Assembly (NCBI GenBank): GCA_045126515.1
Contig: JBGVOM010000216.1
Coordinates: 2,187-66,186 of the forward strand
Reading direction: 5' to 3'
Source of the DNA: Lachnospiraceae bacterium
Lineage (GTDB): Bacteria; Bacillota; Clostridia; Lachnospirales; Lachnospiraceae
Length of the DNA: 64,000 bases
Shown: positions 59,744 through 64,000 of the stretch, one piece after another
How the letters are laid out: each line of letters starts with the position of its first letter
Position numbering within the stretch: position 1 is the first letter of the stretch
Position numbers and translations under genes: made by a program
Notes under the pieces: generated by a model
The model's database searches: none
The model's input: only the letters and a program-made list of their open reading frames with translations
Told to the model about the DNA's origin: nothing

Positions 59744-60612
59744 GTAAATACATCAGATACATCGGTGGCGTGGTGTGTCTGCTATGTATTTTATGTCTGG
59801 TAATTGTTGGAATGGCTCTCTGGCAGGGAAGCAGTTTTTACGAAAATAACATTACCATGATAAATTTGAATGGAGTGTATGAAGACACGATATGCAATGG
59901 TATGGATAAGAAGCAGGAATTACTGGAGCAGGAAAAACGTATGAGTTATACTTTCTGGGGTGAAAAAAGAGGTATTTCAATCAGTAACAGAGAAAATTTG
60001 CGACAGGCAAATGTGAATGTTTTAACAATTAGAGGCTCCTCAGAGTATCTGATTCCCTGGGGAAAGATATTACAGAAGGATGATAGAAAGGGATGTCTGA
60101 TAGGTAGAAAAACAGCGGAACAGCTTTTCGGAACTCATCATGCAGAAAATTTGTATATACAATATGAAAATGAGATATTTCAGGTGCGAGGAATTGTCAA
60201 TGAACCGGAAGATATTTTAGTGATTCAAAAGCAAAGGAACACAGATGCAGTCTTAAATCGTATCACCATCAAAAAGCAGTCCGGAAGAACGGTGCTGGAA
60301 ACTGTGCAGGATTTTAAAACAAGATATGGTGTGGAGGGAGAAGTCTTACGGTTTGATTTCTACCGGGGATTTTCCTGGATTCTGGAAATGATTCCTGGAA
60401 AATGGTCAGACTTCTCAAGTTGGAAGCAGAATATTACATCTACGAAAAATAAGTGGGAATTAGTAGAAAGCGTAGAGAAAAGCAGTTTAGAAGTGATGGT
60501 GTTGAAGCAGAGTAAAAGGGCGGTAGGTTGTTTTGGTGTGGCTTGTGTTTTGGTGATAGCATTATTACTACTTATCAGCGTAAAAGCCTATCTGATGAAT
60601 TTTCTCAATTAG
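59740..60612 (+). CDS. Hypothetical two-TM membrane protein (FtsX/MacB periplasmic-domain-like?)
   Basis: GTG start overlaps the HlyD-like stop. TM helices at both ends. Confidence 0.35.
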   Translation: MSKYIRYIGGVVCLLCILCLVIVGMALWQGSSFYENNITMINLNGVYEDTICNGMDKKQELLEQEKRMSYTFWGEKRGISISNRENLRQANVNVLTIRGSSEYLIPWGKILQKDDRKGCLIGRKTAEQLFGTHHAENLYIQYENEIFQVRGIVNEPEDILVIQKQRNTDAVLNRITIKKQSGRTVLETVQDFKTRYGVEGEVLRFDFYRGFSWILEMIPGKWSDFSSWKQNITSTKNKWELVESVEKSSLEVMVLKQSKRAVGCFGVACVLVIALLLLISVKAYLMNFLN

Positions 60613-60620
60613 AAAAATTG

Positions 60621-60655
60621 ACAATTTTTTCCTAGAATGCTACACTACCTAAAGG
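60621..60655 (+). promoter_or_regulatory. Promoter TTGACA-17-TACACT
   Basis: Read directly: ttgacaattttttcctagaatgctacact. Confidence 0.45.
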
Positions 60656-60715
60656 TAGTCGCGACTAACTAATGGAAGAAAGAACAAACATTTTTGATAA
60701 CTAGAAAGGATAAGA

Positions 60716-62467
60716 TTGCCAATTATGAAAATGAAAAAACTATTATCTATGTTGTTGGCAATGGCAGTGACAACAACCTCTGTATCTGTATGGACTGCGG
60801 AGCCGGTGTTTGCTGAGGAAACCACATGCCCGGTTTCTAATGAGGCACCCATAGAGAAAAATTACGTATATGGGATTATGAAGATTCCATATGCCGATTT
60901 TTATAAAGCTGAATTAGGAGAAACTAATAACGTTACTGTAGATGCTGTAACATCAGCAACTGCAAATAAGTGGAAAACACAAAAGGGTACTTATTCAGAA
61001 ATTGCTGCTGAAGGAAATGGTGGAACCATTTTAGGTGTTGAATATTATGTGGCAGTTGAACATGATATTTATGAAAAACTAAAGAATACGGAAAGTACCT
61101 TATTAAATACTTTTAAAGAAATTGAAGAAATTCCTGCAACCTATAAGGTAATGGATGAGGAAGGAAACTTTTTGGCAGTGCAAGGGACAGTTATGAAATT
61201 AAATGATGTAACTGCATCTTTAACGACCAAAAGCAATTATGGTGATTATCAGTTAAATATGACAGGTCTTGCTTTAACAGGAATTGTTTATGGTGCTGTG
61301 GTTAAAACAACAGATGGAACCAGATATGCATTACGTCATTTAGAAAACATATGGAAAAACGGTGCACAGCTTTCCTGGTCTACAGGATTTTCCACCACTG
61401 AAAGTCATGGAAATAAATTGAGCTATGAACACTATAGCTCCATGATGGGAAAAACCATTGAAAGCGTAGAATTTATTTGTGATAATGGTATTTATACGGT
61501 AGACGACATTGATGCATATGTGCCAATAAAATACGATGGAACGTTCCAAATTGCAGATACTGATTTGACAGCGAAACAGACGGCTGTTACTATGACAGGA
61601 TTTCCGGAAGACGGAAACTGGCAGTTAGACCTGCCGGAAGGTTTAAAAAATGCTTCTTACGAAAACGGAAAAATTTTCTATGATGCCGGAACATTACCAG
61701 GTTTATATACGATAACTGCAAAAGATACAAACCACAAATATGCTGATAATTCTGCAAGTTTTCTTGTGAAAACAAATACACTTCCGGTGCAGTTTAAGGA
61801 CGGAAAAATTACCGCATTGGATAATACCAGTGCAGAAGAAACTGCTAACTATATTAAAAATCTTGCAATGGTTACAGTGAAATTCGGTGAAAAAACAACA
61901 AGCTATTCTGCAAGCGGACATGGTGCTGTAGCCATTATTGCAGAAGACGGTTCTGTAGATTTGCAGGCTGGTTCTAGAGGAACATCTGTATTTGCGGAAG
62001 AGGGAACTTATGAATTAACTTTAGCTTCCAATGGTTACCCGGAACTTATATTTTCAGTAGAAAAGCAGGAGGCTGTTACAGAAAGTCCCACACCGACCAG
62101 TATTCCGGTTCCGACAAAAACAGCCACAGCTGTTCTGACTAAGACAGTTACTCCAACCCCTAAAGTTACTGCACCTAAGAAAGTAACCATTTCTAAGGTA
62201 TCTAATGTAAAAGGAAAAAAGTTAAAGGTTGCTTGGAAAAAAGACAAAACAGTAGCCGGATATCAAATTCAGATTGCCACAAATAAAAAATTTACATCAG
62301 GGAAGAAAACATATACGGTAAAGAAAGCAGCTACAACTTCTAAGACAATTACGGGATTAAAAAAGAAGAAAACTTACTATATAAGGGTAAGAGCTTATAA
62401 GACATCAGATTCCAAAAAAATATATGGAAACTACAGTAGTGTTAAAAAAGTAACAATCAAAAAATAG
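60716..62467 (+). CDS. Secreted protein with Pro/Thr linker and C-terminal FN3-like domain
   Basis: Signal peptide LLAMAVTTTSVSVWTAEPVFA. The C-terminal module KKVTISKV...YYIRVRAYK is shared with the 48403 protein. Confidence 0.5.
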   Translation: MPIMKMKKLLSMLLAMAVTTTSVSVWTAEPVFAEETTCPVSNEAPIEKNYVYGIMKIPYADFYKAELGETNNVTVDAVTSATANKWKTQKGTYSEIAAEGNGGTILGVEYYVAVEHDIYEKLKNTESTLLNTFKEIEEIPATYKVMDEEGNFLAVQGTVMKLNDVTASLTTKSNYGDYQLNMTGLALTGIVYGAVVKTTDGTRYALRHLENIWKNGAQLSWSTGFSTTESHGNKLSYEHYSSMMGKTIESVEFICDNGIYTVDDIDAYVPIKYDGTFQIADTDLTAKQTAVTMTGFPEDGNWQLDLPEGLKNASYENGKIFYDAGTLPGLYTITAKDTNHKYADNSASFLVKTNTLPVQFKDGKITALDNTSAEETANYIKNLAMVTVKFGEKTTSYSASGHGAVAIIAEDGSVDLQAGSRGTSVFAEEGTYELTLASNGYPELIFSVEKQEAVTESPTPTSIPVPTKTATAVLTKTVTPTPKVTAPKKVTISKVSNVKGKKLKVAWKKDKTVAGYQIQIATNKKFTSGKKTYTVKKAATTSKTITGLKKKKTYYIRVRAYKTSDSKKIYGNYSSVKKVTIKK

Positions 62468-62491
62468 TTTGAATATAATTCAAATTCCCTA

Positions 62492-62520
62492 GGGAGGCAG
62501 TGAAAACTGCCTCCTTTTTT
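62492..62520 (+). terminator. Rho-independent terminator ggaggcagt-gaaa-actgcctcc-TTTTTT
   Basis: Read directly. Confidence 0.8.
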
Positions 62521-62624
62521 AACAATGAAAATTATTTTGAAAATCAGTAATTCTATGATAAAATAAACATAAGAAATACACATACTTGTTACGAGAGATT
62601 ATTGAAAAACAGGAGGGTTTTATT

Positions 62625-62849
62625 ATGGTAGAGAAGGTTAAAGAAATTTTACAGAAGGAGTATACTCCATTGGAGAAAGGTCTGGCAGTGGTCTGTGGCT
62701 TTTTAATGGGTATTATTGCTGGATTTGTTTTATCGCCAGTGAAAAAAGGTATTATGTTTGGTAGTAAAAATGGATGCAATAATGGAAGTAATAATCGCAA
62801 TAATAGTAGCTCCATTGGATTACCGAAGAAAAGAAACAAGAAGAATTGA
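62625..62849 (+). CDS. Small hypothetical membrane protein with Asn/Ser-rich tail
   Basis: ATG 62625 follows CAGGAGGG. One TM helix. Confidence 0.35.
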   Translation: MVEKVKEILQKEYTPLEKGLAVVCGFLMGIIAGFVLSPVKKGIMFGSKNGCNNGSNNRNNSSSIGLPKKRNKKN

Positions 62850-62866
62850 AAAGCTGCCGGCTTTTT

Positions 62867-63376
62867 TCAGTGTAGCTTCATCAACTGTCCCATACGCTTA
62901 TGGGTGGCTTTGGTGCAAAGTCCGGTAAAAATTCCGGCAGCCATACCACTGATAAATAACACAGGTAGATAAGCAATGATGCTAAAAGACTCTAAAACTA
63001 TAAATGCTATCAACAGCTGTCCAATGTTATGGAAAATGGCTCCCACAACACTGGTGATAACAATATGCTCTTTGCCAAGAAGATGATGAATTAACAGCAT
63101 GGCGAGAAGACAGAGTAGTCCACCGGAAAGGCTGTAAGCAAAAGAAACCATCTGTCCGGCAAAAATGCTTCCTAGTATAATGCGCATTACCAGAACACAA
63201 AGGGCATCTTTCCAGGTGCCATTGAGTATCAGCCACAGAGTAACAATATTAGCCAGCCCAAGCTTCACTCCGGGAATGGGGAGAAGCGGCGGCAAGGCAG
63301 ATTCAGCCACAAATATGGTAAGAGCAATGGTGGTATACATTGCCAAAAGTGTCAGCCGTTTTGTTTTTATGCTCAT
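62867..63376 (-). CDS. Gx-transporter / heptaprenyl-diphosphate-synthase-component-I-like membrane protein
   Basis: 169 aa with five TM helices. Its pairing with a NusG-domain-II gene is typical of this family. Confidence 0.5.
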   Translation of the reverse strand: MSIKTKRLTLLAMYTTIALTIFVAESALPPLLPIPGVKLGLANIVTLWLILNGTWKDALCVLVMRIILGSIFAGQMVSFAYSLSGGLLCLLAMLLIHHLLGKEHIVITSVVGAIFHNIGQLLIAFIVLESFSIIAYLPVLFISGMAAGIFTGLCTKATHKRMGQLMKLH

Positions 63377-63393
63377 GAAAACCTCCGTAATAA

Positions 63394-63801
63394 TTAATGT
63401 GTAATAACATCCGGTGCATCTTTATTCGGTGCATCATCTTCAATTCGAATCACCAGTTTATGCGGAAGACAGGTAATGGGAAAATGCGTGGAGTTTATCA
63501 TTCCCATGTGCTGGCAGGTCTTGTCAGGACAATCTGTATCCGAAATTCCGATTTTTCCGTCCTCCACTAAAATGGTATTAAATCCATGTTCCGTATCTGA
63601 AGAATACTCGATGGTAAATTCATAGGCTTTTTTATTTTCTGATAAATCAATTTTACGTATTAATACTCCATCCTGATAGATATAAGCGTATTTCCCGGAA
63701 CCGTTTCCCATGAATTGTAAGCAGGAAATTACTGCACAGATGAAAACTAAAACACCAATGAAAGCTCCGATTGCAAAACTCAGTTTTTTCTTTTTATCCA
63801 T
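63394..63801 (-). CDS. NusG domain II-containing protein (DUF1312)
   Basis: MDKKKK plus a TM helix, then the motif DCPDKTCQHMGMI...ITCLPHKLVIRIE. Confidence 0.6.
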   Translation of the reverse strand: MDKKKKLSFAIGAFIGVLVFICAVISCLQFMGNGSGKYAYIYQDGVLIRKIDLSENKKAYEFTIEYSSDTEHGFNTILVEDGKIGISDTDCPDKTCQHMGMINSTHFPITCLPHKLVIRIEDDAPNKDAPDVITH

Positions 63802-64000
63802 AAAGATTCCTTTCTTTATTACATATCTATATATGGTTACCTGGCAAATTGTATCAGTCTTGCCGTCAAAATACAACAACATCCCTGCTTAATGAAAAAA
63901 ATACTCAATAACAAATCTTGCAATCTGATAAGCAGAAAGATAGAATATGACATGAAGTTAGCGATTAAAAACTTAAGTTAGGAGAGAGGAACATGGAACG

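Overview
This 64 kb window reads as low-GC Firmicutes chromosome, probably Clostridia or Lachnospiraceae-like. Strong GGAGG ribosome-binding sites, LytTR, PadR and ArsR regulators, Flg_new repeat proteins and a PurO/PurH pair all point that way.

The window contains ordinary regulatory, transport and metabolic genes. These include ECF sigma and ArsR regulators, an MBL hydrolase, a nitroreductase, an ABC-2 exporter, a MerR regulator, agmatinase, an agr-like LytTR and histidine-kinase pair, an SDR, a PBP-GGDEF cyclase and a PflX-like radical SAM protein. There is also a PadR and DUF2812 pair, a ZTP-riboswitch-controlled purO-purH operon, several large secreted multi-domain proteins, an OmpR two-component system with a sugar ABC importer, and a HlyD-like adaptor.

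The main accessory feature is a defence island between about 28.7 and 46.2 kb. It runs in this order:
- an Abi_2 abortive-infection gene with an attenuator-like leader;
- a small XRE HTH gene, a six-gene zinc-ribbon/SPFH (COG4260-like) membrane cluster, then a membrane protein and a degenerate, apparently 5'-truncated multicopper-oxidase-like ORF;
- a complete type II-A CRISPR-Cas locus: a predicted tracrRNA on the minus strand upstream of cas9, then cas9 (1368 aa, RuvC and HNH motifs intact), cas1, cas2 and csn2;
- an array of 27 repeats of 36 bp and 26 spacers, with a degenerate terminal repeat.

Other structured non-coding features stand out:
- two adjacent nested-palindrome, MITE-like elements of about 250 bp sharing an 80 bp multi-hairpin core at 26.4-27.0 kb;
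- a 26 bp perfect hairpin at 16.6 kb;
- 21 bp in-frame tandem repeats inside an Rpn-like PD-(D/E)XK gene.

All calls come from reading the sequence and the ORF track. No database searches were run.
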